Positions 27,616 through 38,372 of a stretch of 64,000 bases of DNA are shown in pieces (the stretch's first letter is position 1; each line of letters opens with the position of its first letter). Origin of the DNA: Vicinamibacteria bacterium (GTDB lineage: Bacteria; Acidobacteriota; Vicinamibacteria; Marinacidobacterales; Marinacidobacteraceae); contig OY821641.1 in assembly GCA_963555995.3 (NCBI GenBank), forward strand, positions 800,001 through 864,000, in the 5' to 3' direction. The notes under the pieces were generated by a model. The model saw nothing but the letters and a program-made list of their open reading frames with translations. It did no database searches and was not told where the DNA came from. The translations under genes were made by a program, and so were the position numbers.

Positions 27616-29426
27616 CTGGCCTCCACCTGCAGGGTCAGTTGCCGCGACCCGCTCACCGTGGCGTCGAAGTCGAGGTGCCCTTCCCAGAGGACCGACGCCG
27701 GCAGCTCCCGGGTCAACCCGCCGGAGGAGTCCCGCGAGACCACCGAGCGTACGCTCGGCGGCAGCGACGGCAGGTACTCGCCGCCCACCACCGCCGCGCT
27801 GCGGCCCGATCCCACGAGCCGCACGTAGAGGCGGCTCTGCCGGCGGTGGCGGCTGATGGCCCGGTAGATCTGTTCCACGCGGGCCGGAGTGCCGGTGACG
27901 CCCTGGCGCTGGTCGGAGAGCGCCACCGAGAGGGCGTCCGCCACCAGCAGCGTCAGGCGGCTCCCCGCGGCGCTCCGGGGTATCGGCACCTCCAGTTCCC
28001 GGGTCGCCTCCGCTCCCCGGAAATCCCTGAGCGCGACCCGGAGGGTGGCCGTCCCTCCCGGGCGGACCCGCGAAGAGCGGAGCCAGGCGCGGCTGAGGGT
28101 GGCCGCCTGCGCCTCCTCGCTCGCGGAGATGTCCACCTCGATGTCCCGCACCGGGATCCGTTCCACGGGGTTGCCGAGCAGCAGGGCCACGGGGGCCGCC
28201 ACCAGCGCGGCGGCACCCGTCAGGACGCCGGCGGCTCCGGAGGCGAAGACGTCCTCGACCGCGAGCGTGCGCCCGTCCCCGACACCGATGCGGGCGCCGA
28301 GCCGGATGGTCTGCGTCCCCAGGGGCCGCTCTTCCTGGGAAAGGACGGCCACCAGGGCGGAGAACGCCAGCGCGGGGCTGTAGAGGTCGTGATCCACGAT
28401 CTCGAGGTCGTAGTCGCGGCGGCCGCCGCGGCTCCCCTCGACCCGGATCCGCAGCGGGATGGTGCGGGCGCGGGCGCCCAGGCGGCCCCGGACTCCGGTG
28501 GCCCGGTCCTGTTGCCACACGCCGATCGGCTCCCCGGCGCTCGTGATGCGGAACGAGTTGGAGAGCGAAGCCACGTTGGCTTCCACCCGCGCCGCCTGCA
28601 TCGGGATGGAGATGGTGCCGAGACCGGTGAAGGGATGGCCGAAGGCGAACACCTCGCCGGTGGCCTCGTCCACGTGGGTGACGGTGCCGCTCGCCATCAG
28701 CACCAGGTCGCCCCCGATGAGGGTGGCGCCCACCGGGCTGCCGGGTTCCAGCGGGGAAGCCCCCGTCTGCGGCGCCCTGCCGGACATCGCCGCTCCGGTG
28801 AAGCCCCCGGGCGACAGCTCCATCCCGAGCTGACGGAAGAGGGGGGCCACGATCCGGTGTGCGGCAGGGCTCAGGCCGCTGGCGGCGACCGGCGTCCGGA
28901 TGGGGAGCAACTGCCGGCCGTCGCGCTCGATGCCGACCTCCGGGACCGGCGCCGGGTCGAAGGACGGCTCCCCGGCGGGCGAGAACCGGAGCGCCGGTGC
29001 CGCCGCGGCGCCCGGCCCGGCTCCCGCGCCCAGCGGCATCTCGGTGAACCGGACCATTTCCTCGAACGGCGTGATGCCGCAGATGGGATCCCGGGCGAAG
29101 GGGAAGGCGTACGCCACCGCGCCGAGGAGCCGTCCGTCCACGTAGACCGGGCTGCCGCTCATCCCCTGCATGACGCCGGTGTGGGCGAGGGGGCCGCCGG
29201 AGAGGTTGGCGAGCACGATGCTGCGGCCCGGCATCGCGCCGTCCAGCACCCCGACGATCTCCACCCCGAAGCTCTCGACTTCCTCGCCGGCGAAGACGGT
29301 GCGGCCCTCGCCGACCATTCCCGGCCGCACTTCGTCGAGCGGCAGGATCGGGGTCTGGGCGGCGGCCGGGAGTGCGCCGCCCGCCAACGCGGCGAGCAGG
29401 CGCCCAATCGCAAGGTGGGTTCTCAA
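27612..29426 (-). CDS. SpoIVB peptidase S55 domain protein
   Basis: LDEVRPGMVGEGRTVF, GVMQGMSGSPVYVDGRLLGAV, FAFGHPF, QDRATG; signal peptide; start approximate. Confidence 0.85.
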   Translation of the reverse strand: MRTHLAIGRLLAALAGGALPAAAQTPILPLDEVRPGMVGEGRTVFAGEEVESFGVEIVGVLDGAMPGRSIVLANLSGGPLAHTGVMQGMSGSPVYVDGRLLGAVAYAFPFARDPICGITPFEEMVRFTEMPLGAGAGPGAAAAPALRFSPAGEPSFDPAPVPEVGIERDGRQLLPIRTPVAASGLSPAAHRIVAPLFRQLGMELSPGGFTGAAMSGRAPQTGASPLEPGSPVGATLIGGDLVLMASGTVTHVDEATGEVFAFGHPFTGLGTISIPMQAARVEANVASLSNSFRITSAGEPIGVWQQDRATGVRGRLGARARTIPLRIRVEGSRGGRRDYDLEIVDHDLYSPALAFSALVAVLSQEERPLGTQTIRLGARIGVGDGRTLAVEDVFASGAAGVLTGAAALVAAPVALLLGNPVERIPVRDIEVDISASEEAQAATLSRAWLRSSRVRPGGTATLRVALRDFRGAEATRELEVPIPRSAAGSRLTLLVADALSVALSDQRQGVTGTPARVEQIYRAISRHRRQSRLYVRLVGSGRSAAVVGGEYLPSLPPSVRSVVSRDSSGGLTRELPASVLWEGHLDFDATVSGSRQLTLQVEAR

Positions 29427-29621
29427 GGCGAGATCTCGGAAGGGCGGAATGCTACCGCCGCATCCCATCCCGCTCGCGCGGCGGAGTGCGGACGCCCCGC
29501 GGGGAAGACGTGGGGAATCGCCTCTAGCCGGCGCCGGTCACGCTCGACCGGCGCTCCGCCCCTGTGCGGAGGGGCCGCGAGAGTGGCCGGCGAAGCGCCG
29601 GGCGCCGGCCTGCGGCCAGCG

Positions 29622-29648
29622 CGTGCCGGCCTGGAGGCCGGCGTTCCC
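29622..29648. repeat. REP variant
   Basis: GTGCCGGCCTGGAGGCCGGCGTTCC. Confidence 0.6.
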
Positions 29649-29670
29649 GAGGAGCCTGCGGCGCAGGCTC

Positions 29671-30210
29671 CTAAGGCGCTTCCCCGGCGACCGACAGCGG
29701 GCGCGCGACCCGGTAGCAGCGATCCATCCACTCGTCGTACCGGGCGCTCATGCCCGCGCCGTCAAGCGCATTCTCGTAGCCCCGCTCCGGGTTGAGCAGG
29801 AAGCTGAACGCGCGGTAGTGCTCGTCACAGGTGTCGGCCAGGTACTGGGATTCGGCCCCGGCGAGCCGGCCCCGGACGCGGTCCACGCCGTCCTGGGTGG
29901 TGTCGCCGTCCATCATCGCCACCGACACCAGGACCACCAGGACCTGCATGCACTCCTGGTAGGCCACCAGTTCGACCGACTGGCGGAGCTGGTCCCGATA
30001 CTGGATGGGGATCTGCTGCCCCGCGGTGTTGGCGAGTACCGTGCAGGTGGCGCGCAGCGGGAGTTCGCCGCCGGGAAGGTCCGTTGGATGCGCCTGCTGG
30101 TCCTGTGGGAGCATCGTCTGGATCGTCGTACAGCCGAGTCCGGCCGACAGGAAGAGGGAGAGGGTGAGTCTCAGGATCCGTTTCTCCTTCCGCAGCGGAG
30201 CCGCAAGCAT
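29671..30210 (-). CDS. hypothetical lipoprotein
   Basis: Basic-hydrophobic N-terminus with AGLGC lipobox; protein-like composition with several Cys. Confidence 0.6.
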   Translation of the reverse strand: MLAAPLRKEKRILRLTLSLFLSAGLGCTTIQTMLPQDQQAHPTDLPGGELPLRATCTVLANTAGQQIPIQYRDQLRQSVELVAYQECMQVLVVLVSVAMMDGDTTQDGVDRVRGRLAGAESQYLADTCDEHYRAFSFLLNPERGYENALDGAGMSARYDEWMDRCYRVARPLSVAGEAP

Positions 30211-30279
30211 TCGACGTGCCAGCGGGCACCCCGGGTGCCGCGGAGGTCCCGAGTCCTACACTCTCCGCTGTCCCGCGCC

Positions 30280-31329
30280 ATGTCCGACCGCTATTCCCGC
30301 CAGACCCTCTTTGCCGGCATCGGCCCGGAGGGGCAGGAACGCCTGGCGCGCGGCCGCGTGCTCGTGGTGGGGGCGGGGGCGCTCGGCTCCGCCGCGCTGG
30401 ACATGCTCGTGCGGGCCGGCGTCGGGACGGTCCGGTTCGTGGATCGGGACACGGTGGAGACCTCCAACCTGCAGCGGCAGTCGCTGTACGACGAAGAGGA
30501 CGCCCGCGAGGGGATCCCGAAAGCGGAGGGAGCGCGCCGGAGACTGGCGGCGGTGAACCCCGAGGTGGCGCTCGAACCGCGGGCGCTCGATCTCCACGCC
30601 GGGAATGTCCGCGAGGTCATGGCGGGCACCGACCTCGTTCTCGACGCCACCGACAACTTCGAGACCCGGTACCTCATCAACGATGCCGCCGTCGCCACCG
30701 GGACTCCCTGGATCTACGCCGCCTGCGTCGGCAGCTACGGGATGACCCTCACCGTGCTTCCGGGGCGCACCGGATGCCTCCGGTGCGTGGTTCCCGACAT
30801 CCCGCCTCCCGGCGCGTCCCCGACCTGCGACACCGCGGGCGTGATCGCCCCGGCGGTGCAGGCGGTCGCCTCCTACGCGGTCACCGAGGCGCTGAAGCTG
30901 CTGGCCGGGCGGGAGGAGGACCTCGCGACCGGCATCTGGCACCTCGACGTCTGGGAGCGGACGGCCTACCGCATGGACATCGGGGAGCCGGACCCCGACT
31001 GTCCGGCCTGCGGCCGGCGCGAGTTCCCCTTCCTCGAAGGGGACGCGAGCGGAGCGCTGCTGACGCTCTGCGGGAGGAACGCGGTGCAGGTGCGGCCCGC
31101 CGCCCCGCCGGCCCCGAACGGCGCCGGCCCGGAGTTCCTGGAACAGTTGGGCGGCCGCCTCGCCGAACTGCCCGAGGTTCGCGGAACCCTGCGGTTCACG
31201 AGCCACCTCCTGCAGTTCGAGGTCGCCGGCCGCCGCCTGGTGGTCTTCCCGGACGGGAGGACGATCGTGCACGGCAGCGGCGATCAGGCGGAAGCCAGAA
31301 CGCTGGTGTCACGCTACATCGGGAATTGA
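30280..31329 (+). CDS. ThiF/MoeB family adenylyltransferase
   Basis: DRYSRQ, GAGALG, DRDTVETSNLQRQ, DATDNF, CLRC, TCDTAG, CPAC, CGRN. Confidence 0.93.
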   Translation: MSDRYSRQTLFAGIGPEGQERLARGRVLVVGAGALGSAALDMLVRAGVGTVRFVDRDTVETSNLQRQSLYDEEDAREGIPKAEGARRRLAAVNPEVALEPRALDLHAGNVREVMAGTDLVLDATDNFETRYLINDAAVATGTPWIYAACVGSYGMTLTVLPGRTGCLRCVVPDIPPPGASPTCDTAGVIAPAVQAVASYAVTEALKLLAGREEDLATGIWHLDVWERTAYRMDIGEPDPDCPACGRREFPFLEGDASGALLTLCGRNAVQVRPAAPPAPNGAGPEFLEQLGGRLAELPEVRGTLRFTSHLLQFEVAGRRLVVFPDGRTIVHGSGDQAEARTLVSRYIGN

Positions 31330-31331
31330 CC

Positions 31332-32432
31332 ATGGCTTCCAGCGATTCCCTGCTTCGCGCGCCGGCGGGTGCGATTACCCATGTGGGCGACGCGGCGCGC
31401 CGCCGCCGAACGGTGGAAGCGACCGCCGCGGGGGTGTTTCGCGGCTGGGGTTACGAGGAGGTCCTGCTGCCGCTCTTCGACCACGCGGAGGTCTTCGCCC
31501 GCGGCGGCGGGCGCTGGTCGGAGCGGTCCAGCTACCGGTTCACCGAGGGCGGGGACCTGCTCGCCCTCCGCGCCGACTTCACCGCGCTGGCGGCGCGGGC
31601 CGCCGTCACCCGGCTGCCCCGGGAGGCGGAGCGGCTCTTCTACCGCGGCGAGGTCGTCCGCCGGCCGGGCCGGGGACTCGGCCCGTCGGCGTTCCGGGAA
31701 GTGGGCGTCGAGCACTTCGCGGCGGGGACCGGCGCCGATCTGGAGATCCTGCTGGTGGCCCTCGAGGTCCTCGAACGCCTCGAGGTGGACGGGTTCGTGT
31801 TCACCCTCGGCCACGCCGGTTTCCCGCTGGGGCTGCTCGACGAAGCGCTTCCCGAGGGTTCCGGTCGGGACGAACGGCGCGCGGAGGCGCTCCGGGGCCT
31901 CTGGCGGCGCGATCCGTCCCGGATCCGGGCCGCACTCGGCGAGCGGGCGGGTCCGCTGGTCGAAGCGCTCGGGTTGTTCGGCGGGCCGGGAGTTCTGGAG
32001 GAGGCGCGGAAACGCCCGCTTCCCGACGGGGCCGGGGCGGCGGTGGAGCGGTTGGGCGCGATCCTCCGGGTGCTGGAGGATCTGGAACTCGCCGGCCGGT
32101 TCCGTTTCGACCTGGCCGAACTCCGGGGCTTCGACTACTACACGGGGCTCATCTTCGAGGTGCACGCTCCCGGGGCCGGGCAGGAGATCGGGGGAGGGGG
32201 CCGCTACGACGACCTGCTCGCCAACTTCGGCGACCCGCGCCCCGCCGTCGGTTTCTCGCTCTCGGTGGACCGGATCGCCGGAATCCTGCCGGAATCTTCG
32301 GATGCCGGGCAGGGCGCGACCGAATCCGTCGCCCGCGGACCCGATACCCGGAGCGGGCTGGCGGCGCGCTTCCGGGCCGCGCGGGCCGCCCGCGCCGGTG
32401 GCTCCGCGGTCCGCTTCGAACCTCCGTCCTGA
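31332..32432 (+). CDS. hisZ: ATP phosphoribosyltransferase regulatory subunit
   Basis: HisRS-like: WGYEEV, LRADFT, RLFYRGEV, DYYTGLIFE, GGGRYD, AVGFS; directly upstream of short hisG. Confidence 0.88.
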   Translation: MASSDSLLRAPAGAITHVGDAARRRRTVEATAAGVFRGWGYEEVLLPLFDHAEVFARGGGRWSERSSYRFTEGGDLLALRADFTALAARAAVTRLPREAERLFYRGEVVRRPGRGLGPSAFREVGVEHFAAGTGADLEILLVALEVLERLEVDGFVFTLGHAGFPLGLLDEALPEGSGRDERRAEALRGLWRRDPSRIRAALGERAGPLVEALGLFGGPGVLEEARKRPLPDGAGAAVERLGAILRVLEDLELAGRFRFDLAELRGFDYYTGLIFEVHAPGAGQEIGGGGRYDDLLANFGDPRPAVGFSLSVDRIAGILPESSDAGQGATESVARGPDTRSGLAARFRAARAARAGGSAVRFEPPS

Positions 32433-32500
32433 CCAAGCGCGGACCGCGCCCCCGGGCAGCCCGCGCGGCGGGCGCATCCCCCTAGAATCCCCGCTCACCC

Positions 32501-33124
32501 ATGGACCCCCCGCTCGTCGCCGCCCTCCCCACGGGGCGGCTGCTGCGGGCGGTGGCCGGGCTGCTCGGGCGCGCCGGAGTGCCTCTGCCCGAGGGGAGCG
32601 CCGACCGCCGCCTGCGCCTCCGGGACGACGGGATGGAGGTGCTGTTCGCGAAGGACCGCGACGTCCCCATCTACGTCGAGCACGGGGTGGCCGACTTCGG
32701 GGTGGTCGGCCGCGACATCCTGGAAGAAGCGCCCGCGCATATCTACGAGCCGCTCGACCTCGGGGTGGGCCGCTGCCGCATGGTGGTCGCCCGTCCGGCG
32801 GCCCGGCCGCTTCCCGAGCCGCCGCTGCGGGTGGCGACGAAGTATCCGTCCGTTGCGGCCCGCCACTTCGGCGGGCGCGGCGCGCCCATCGAGCTGATCC
32901 GGCTCTCCGGCGCCATCGAACTGGCCCCCGCGATGGATCTCGCCGACGCCGTGGTGGACCTGGTCGAGACCGGCGCGACGCTCCGGGACAACGGTCTGGT
33001 AGAAGAGGAGACGCTCTTCGAGAGCACCGCGCGGGTGGTGGTGAATCGCGCCTCCTTCCGGCTTCGCGGGTCGGCGCTCCAGGGGTGGCTCCGGCGTCTC
33101 GAAACCGCCACGGAGGGAGGATGA
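32501..33124 (+). CDS. hisG: ATP phosphoribosyltransferase (short form)
   Basis: DVPIYVEHGVADFGVVG, VATKYP, GAIELAP, DLVETGATL. Confidence 0.95.
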   Translation: MDPPLVAALPTGRLLRAVAGLLGRAGVPLPEGSADRRLRLRDDGMEVLFAKDRDVPIYVEHGVADFGVVGRDILEEAPAHIYEPLDLGVGRCRMVVARPAARPLPEPPLRVATKYPSVAARHFGGRGAPIELIRLSGAIELAPAMDLADAVVDLVETGATLRDNGLVEEETLFESTARVVVNRASFRLRGSALQGWLRRLETATEGG

Positions 33125-34500
33125 GCGGCGGGGACCCCCGGTCTCCCTTCGCGGTCCCGCTCTTCGAGGGCGCCGCCGCCTGGCGGGCCGATCCGCGGCG
33201 AGCCCGGTCGGGAGGAAACGGCGCCGGCGAGGGGGTTCGCGCCGCGACGGCGGCCATCGTCGAGCGCGTGCGGTGCGAAGGCGACGAGGCGCTCGTCGCC
33301 CTGGCGCAGCGGTTCGAAGCGCCCGATTTCGATGCCTCCCGGCTCCGGGTGTCCCGGGAGGAGCTCGTGAAGCGCGCGGGCGACGCCGGACCGGAGGAGC
33401 AGGCGCTGCTCCGGCGAACCAGGGACCGCATCGCCGCCTACCACGAACGCCAGCGGGAGATCTCGTTCCGGATGGACCTCGGAGACGGCTCGCGTCTCGA
33501 GTGGAGACCGCGCCCGATCGCGGCCGCCGGGGTGTATGTCCCGGGCGGGGCCGCCGTCTATCCGTCCACCGTGCTGATGACCACGGTCCCGGCCGCGGTC
33601 GCCGGGGTCCCGCGGATCGCGCTCGCGACACCTCCCGGCGCGCTCGAACGCAGCCCGGTGCTCGCGGCCGCGGTCCTCGCGGCCGGAGTCCACGAGGTGT
33701 ACCGCATCGGCGGCGCGCAGGCCATTGCCGCCTTCGCCTTCGGGACGGCTTCGGTCCGCCGGGTGGACAAGGTGGTGGGTCCGGGGAACGCCTACGTCGC
33801 CGAGGCCAAGCGCCAGCTCGGCCAGTTCATCGGAACGGATGCGTTCGCCGGCCCCTCCGAGGTCGTGGTGCTCGCCGACGAGACCGCCCGGGCGGACTGG
33901 GTGGCCGCCGATCTCCTTGCCCAGGCCGAGCACGGTTCCGGCGAGGAGCGGGCCATCCTGGTCACCACCTCGCGCGAACTCGGTCGTGCGGTGGTGTCCG
34001 AGCTCATCCGCCAGGCCGAAGGGCAGCCGAACGCGGAAACGATGGCCCGCGCGCTCGCCCGTCACGGAGCGGTGGTGGTCGCCCGGGATCTGGAGGAGGC
34101 GGTCGAGGTCGCGGAGGAGATCGCGCCCGAGCACCTCGAAGTGATGACCCGGGACCCCGAGGCGCTTGCCGGCCGCTTCCCGAGCGCGGGGGCGGTCCTG
34201 CTGGGCGACCACTCGCCGGTTGCGGCCGGGGACTACGGGGCCGGCCCCAATCACGTCCTGCCGACCGGCGGCGCCGCCCGCTTCGCCTCGCCGCTCTCGG
34301 TCGGCGATTTCCTCAAGCGGCAGAGCGTCCTCCGCTACGGGGAACGGACTCTCGCGTCGCTCCGGAAGGATTTCGAGCGCTTCGCCCGCATCGAGGGATT
34401 CGAGGCCCACGCCCGGTCCGTCGCCATCCGCTTCGAGGCGGAAGACGCCGGGCGAACCGCCCACTCCGACACCAGCGAACTCTCCGCCGAAGATCGTTGA
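33121..34500 (+). CDS. hisD: histidinol dehydrogenase
   Basis: YVPGGAAVYPST, GGAQAIAA, GPGNAYVAEAK, AGPSE, AQAEH, APEHLE, GDYGAGPNHVLPT. Confidence 0.96.
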   Translation: MSGGDPRSPFAVPLFEGAAAWRADPRRARSGGNGAGEGVRAATAAIVERVRCEGDEALVALAQRFEAPDFDASRLRVSREELVKRAGDAGPEEQALLRRTRDRIAAYHERQREISFRMDLGDGSRLEWRPRPIAAAGVYVPGGAAVYPSTVLMTTVPAAVAGVPRIALATPPGALERSPVLAAAVLAAGVHEVYRIGGAQAIAAFAFGTASVRRVDKVVGPGNAYVAEAKRQLGQFIGTDAFAGPSEVVVLADETARADWVAADLLAQAEHGSGEERAILVTTSRELGRAVVSELIRQAEGQPNAETMARALARHGAVVVARDLEEAVEVAEEIAPEHLEVMTRDPEALAGRFPSAGAVLLGDHSPVAAGDYGAGPNHVLPTGGAARFASPLSVGDFLKRQSVLRYGERTLASLRKDFERFARIEGFEAHARSVAIRFEAEDAGRTAHSDTSELSAEDR

Positions 34501-34525
34501 CCGCCCGTTTGGTTAGATTGCCCGC

Positions 34526-35653
34526 ATGAAACCCGTTCCGCTCGACGCGATCCGACCCGAGGTGCTCGAACTCGCCCCCGACATCGGCTCCCGTCCGGAT
34601 GTCCCGATCTACCTCGACTGGAACGAGAGCCGCTGGCCGCTCCCCGAAGGCGTCCTCGGCGGGATGGCGGACGCGATCGCCGGCACCGACGCCCGGCCGT
34701 ACCCGGATCGGGGCTACCCGGCCGTCCGCGAGGCCATCGCCCGGCTCGCCGGCTGGACCCCCGACGGCGTGGCCTTCGGAAACGGCGGGGACGACATGCT
34801 CGAGTTGACCGGGCTCGCCACCACCGGCGCCGGGCGGCGCGCGCTCTATCCGTCTCCCGGTTTCTCCATGTACCCCTGGGCGGTCCGGCTCGCGGGCGGC
34901 GAACCGTCTCCGGTGTCCCTCTGCGACGACCTCTCCTACGACGTCCCGGAGTTCCTGCGGCGGATCGAGGCCGAGCGGCCATCGCTCGTCTTCATCACGA
35001 ATCCGCACAACCCGACGGGACAACTGCTGCCTCTGGGCGCGCTGCGCGAGCTGGCCGCGGCGGCGCCGGGCTTCCTGCTGGTGGACGAGGCATACCACGA
35101 GTTCAGCGGCCAGACCGCCCGGCCGCTTCTCGACGAGTTCGGAAACGTCATCCTGCTCCGGACGTTCTCGAAGGCGATGGCGATGGCGGGGGCCCGTCTC
35201 GGATACCTGCTCGGCGCTCCGGAGGCGATCTCGGGTTTCCGCCGGGCGCAGCCGCCGTTCCCCGTCGGGGTCTATACCTGCCGGGCGGCGGCCGCGGTCA
35301 TGCGGCAGCGGGAGGCGCTGCTGGAAATGACCGCCAGGATCACCGCGGAGCGCGAGTCGCTGGCGGTCCGGCTCGCCGCGGTGCCGGACGTTTCCGTCTG
35401 GCCGTCGCACACGAACTTCCTTCTCTTCCGGACGCCGATGGAGAGCACGGTGCTGGCCCGCCGGCTCCTCGACCGGGGCGTCGCGCTGCGCGACTTCTCC
35501 CGCCACCCGCTGCTCCGGGAAACGCTCCGCGTGACCGTCGGAACCCCCGAAGAGAACGTGGTCTTCCTGGACGCGCTCGCCGATTCCCTCGCGTCCGCCG
35601 TCGAGGACTCGGAACTCCAGGTCGCGGGAATGCCGGAGTCTCCGGTCGCATGA
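34526..35653 (+). CDS. hisC: histidinol-phosphate aminotransferase
   Basis: NPHNPTG, VDEAY, RTFSKA (PLP Lys), GARLGY, LRVTVG. Confidence 0.93.
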   Translation: MKPVPLDAIRPEVLELAPDIGSRPDVPIYLDWNESRWPLPEGVLGGMADAIAGTDARPYPDRGYPAVREAIARLAGWTPDGVAFGNGGDDMLELTGLATTGAGRRALYPSPGFSMYPWAVRLAGGEPSPVSLCDDLSYDVPEFLRRIEAERPSLVFITNPHNPTGQLLPLGALRELAAAAPGFLLVDEAYHEFSGQTARPLLDEFGNVILLRTFSKAMAMAGARLGYLLGAPEAISGFRRAQPPFPVGVYTCRAAAAVMRQREALLEMTARITAERESLAVRLAAVPDVSVWPSHTNFLLFRTPMESTVLARRLLDRGVALRDFSRHPLLRETLRVTVGTPEENVVFLDALADSLASAVEDSELQVAGMPESPVA

Positions 35654-36273
35654 GTGTCTCCGCCCCGGCGGGGGTTCCGGCGCGGCGCCGGCAGGCCTCC
35701 CGTCTCCGGGAAACGCGCGAGACACGGGTCCGGGTCGCCCTCGACCTCGATCCGCCGGCGCCATCCGCGGAGATCTCCACCGGCATCGGCTTCTTCGATC
35801 ACATGCTCGAGGCCTTTGCGCGCCATGCCGGGATCTCCCTGACCGTGGAGGCCGAGGGGGACCTGCACGTGGACGCCCACCACACGATGGAGGACGTGGG
35901 TTTGACCCTGGGCGAGTGCCTTGCGGACGCGCTCGGCGATCTCAAGGGAGTACGCCGCTTCGGCGCCGCCCACGTTCCCCTGGACGAGGCGCTCTCGCGG
36001 GTGGTGGTGGATCTCTGCGGGCGGCCGTTCCTGGGCTGGCGGGTGGCGTTTCTCGCCGAACGGGTCGGAGAGACGCCCACCGAACTCTTCGAGGACTTCT
36101 TCCGCGCCCTGACCGACCGGGGGCGGCTCACGGTACACGTGGACGGGCTCACCGGCCGGAACGCCCATCACGTGGCCGAAACGGTCTTCAAGGCCTTCGC
36201 TCGGGCCTTCGCCGAGGCGAAGGACGTGGTGGGCGGCGCCGTTCCCTCGACCAAGGGCACCCTGTCCGCGTAG
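35650..36273 (+). CDS. hisB: imidazoleglycerol-phosphate dehydratase
   Basis: TGIGFFDHML, DAHHTMED, PLDEAL, NAHHVAE, PSTKG. Confidence 0.96.
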   Translation: MSVSAPAGVPARRRQASRLRETRETRVRVALDLDPPAPSAEISTGIGFFDHMLEAFARHAGISLTVEAEGDLHVDAHHTMEDVGLTLGECLADALGDLKGVRRFGAAHVPLDEALSRVVVDLCGRPFLGWRVAFLAERVGETPTELFEDFFRALTDRGRLTVHVDGLTGRNAHHVAETVFKAFARAFAEAKDVVGGAVPSTKGTLSA

Positions 36274-36279
36274 CGGCCC

Positions 36280-36906
36280 GTGAGCGCCGAAGCGGTCGTG
36301 GTCGTTGATCACGGCGCCGGGAACCTCGCCAGCGTGGTCCGCGCCCTCCGGAGGCAGGGGGCCGAAGCGGAACTCACCTCCGATCCCGGGCGCATCGCCG
36401 CCGCGAAGCGGCTGGTCCTGCCGGGGGACGGACACTTCGGCGAAGCGATGCGGGCGCTCCGGGAGCGCGGGCTGGAAGCGCCGCTCGGGAGCGCGCTCGA
36501 TTCGGGAGCCTGGCTGCTCGGAATCTGTGTCGGACTGCAGATGCTCTTCAAGGGAAGCGATGAGGCGCCCGGAGTTCACGGCCTCGGCCTGCTGCCGGGA
36601 CGTGTCCGCCGTTTCGGCGGCCGGCTCCGCGTGCCCCACATCGGCTGGAACCAACTCGAAGGGTTCGGCGAGGCCTCCCTGTTTCGCGGCATCCCCGAGG
36701 GCGGCTACGCCTATTTCCTCCATTCGTTCTACGTGGACCCCGCGGAGGGGCGCCACTGGCTGGCCACCACCGAATACGGCGTCCGGTTCGCGTCGGCGGC
36801 GGGAAACGGCCGCGTCTTCGGGATCCAGTTCCACCCCGAAAAGAGCGGGCGCCTCGGCGCCCGGGTGCTCTCCAACTTTCTGGCGCTCGGCGGGCAGGAG
36901 AACTGA
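36280..36906 (+). CDS. hisH: imidazole glycerol phosphate synthase glutaminase subunit
   Basis: [30 protein letters not shown]. Confidence 0.96.
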   Translation: MSAEAVVVVDHGAGNLASVVRALRRQGAEAELTSDPGRIAAAKRLVLPGDGHFGEAMRALRERGLEAPLGSALDSGAWLLGICVGLQMLFKGSDEAPGVHGLGLLPGRVRRFGGRLRVPHIGWNQLEGFGEASLFRGIPEGGYAYFLHSFYVDPAEGRHWLATTEYGVRFASAAGNGRVFGIQFHPEKSGRLGARVLSNFLALGGQEN

Positions 36907-36909
36907 ACC

Positions 36910-37701
36910 TTGTCCTCCGGGGCGCTCGAACCCATTCCCGCGGTGGATCTCTCCGGAGGGCGGGTCGTGCGCCTGCTCCGGGGGGTGCGGGAGCGCGAGA
37001 CGGTGTACGGCGACGATCCACTCCGGACGGCGAGCGGTTTCGCCGCCGCCGGGGCGCGCTGGCTGCACGTGGTGGACCTCGACGCCGCCTTCGGCGACGG
37101 TGGCAACCGGGAGACGATCCTGCGGCTCCTCGGCGAGTCGCGGCTCCGGGTGCAGGTCGCCGGCGGCGTCCGGACGGTCGAGTCCTACGCGGCGCTCCGG
37201 GAGGCGGGCGCCGCCCGGGTCGTGTTCGGAACCGTCGCCGTCGAAGACCCCCGGGTGGTGGAAGCGGCCATCCGGATGGACGCCGCCGGAGTCGCGGTGG
37301 CGCTCGACGTGCGCGGCGGCCGGCTGCAGACCCGGGGTTGGGTCGAACCGGACCCCGGCGGCGCCCCCCGGACCGGGACGTCGCCGGAAGCCGCGGCGCG
37401 TCACTGGGGCGAGCGTGGCGCCTCGGCCATCGTGTACACGAGCGTCGAGCGCGACGGCACGATGGAAGGGCCGGACGCGGAGGCCGCCCTGCGGGTAGCC
37501 GCCGCCTCCGGACTGCCGACGGTGGTGGCGGGCGGCGTCGGGGCGCTCTCGCATCTGCGGGCGGTGCGCGCCGCCGCCCGGGAGCATGAGATCACGCCCG
37601 GCAGCGGTTCCGCGCCGGGCCGCCTCGCGGGCGTCATTCTGGGACGGGCGCTCTACGAGGGGCGTTTCACGCTCCCCGAGGCCCAACGGGCGCTCGCCTA
37701 G
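36910..37701 (+). CDS. hisA: ProFAR isomerase
   Basis: [45 protein letters not shown]. Confidence 0.95.
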   Translation: MSSGALEPIPAVDLSGGRVVRLLRGVRERETVYGDDPLRTASGFAAAGARWLHVVDLDAAFGDGGNRETILRLLGESRLRVQVAGGVRTVESYAALREAGAARVVFGTVAVEDPRVVEAAIRMDAAGVAVALDVRGGRLQTRGWVEPDPGGAPRTGTSPEAAARHWGERGASAIVYTSVERDGTMEGPDAEAALRVAAASGLPTVVAGGVGALSHLRAVRAAAREHEITPGSGSAPGRLAGVILGRALYEGRFTLPEAQRALA

Positions 37702-37727
37702 CCGGGTACGTGCGGGTCGGCTTGGCG

Positions 37728-38372
37728 TCAGGAAACCGGGGCGGGGAAACGGCGGGTGATCTCCGCCGCCACCTCCCGCCCGTCGATCCCGAGGTCCTCC
37801 AGCAGGACGAGCAGGTGGTAGAGGAGATCCACCGACTCGTTCACGACCTCGCCGGCTGACCCGGAGACGGCGGCGAGCGAGACCTCGACGGCTTCCTCAC
37901 CCACCTTCTGGGCGATGCGCGGGGTGCCCGCCTGGAGCAGGGCCGCCGTGTAGGAGCCCTCGGGACGGCTCGCCGCGCGTTCCCGGACGATCCCGACGAG
38001 CGCGCTCAACGCGGGTCCGAGCTCCGGGGCGGGCACGGGTTCCGGAGCTTCTCCTTCCTCCGTCACCGGCTCGAAGAAACACGACGTCCGGCCCGTGTGG
38101 CAGGCCGGACCGGTGGGGTCGGCCTGGACCAGGAGGACGTCGCCGTCACAATCGGCGGTCAGCGAACGGAGGTGGAGCTCGTTGCCCGAGGTTTCGCCTT
38201 TCTTCCAGAGGGTCCGGCGGCTCCGCGACCAGAAATGAACCCGCCTGGTCTCGATCGTCCGGGACAGGGCCTCTTCGTTCATCCAGGCGAGCATGAGGAC
38301 CCGGCCGCTCACCGCGTCCTGGACCACGGCGGGGACCAGGCCGGCCTCGTTCCACTGGATCTTGGGCTTCAT
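37728..38372 (-). CDS. hisIE: bifunctional phosphoribosyl-AMP cyclohydrolase / phosphoribosyl-ATP diphosphatase
   Basis: [48 protein letters not shown]. Confidence 0.95.
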   Translation of the reverse strand: MKPKIQWNEAGLVPAVVQDAVSGRVLMLAWMNEEALSRTIETRRVHFWSRSRRTLWKKGETSGNELHLRSLTADCDGDVLLVQADPTGPACHTGRTSCFFEPVTEEGEAPEPVPAPELGPALSALVGIVRERAASRPEGSYTAALLQAGTPRIAQKVGEEAVEVSLAAVSGSAGEVVNESVDLLYHLLVLLEDLGIDGREVAAEITRRFPAPVS

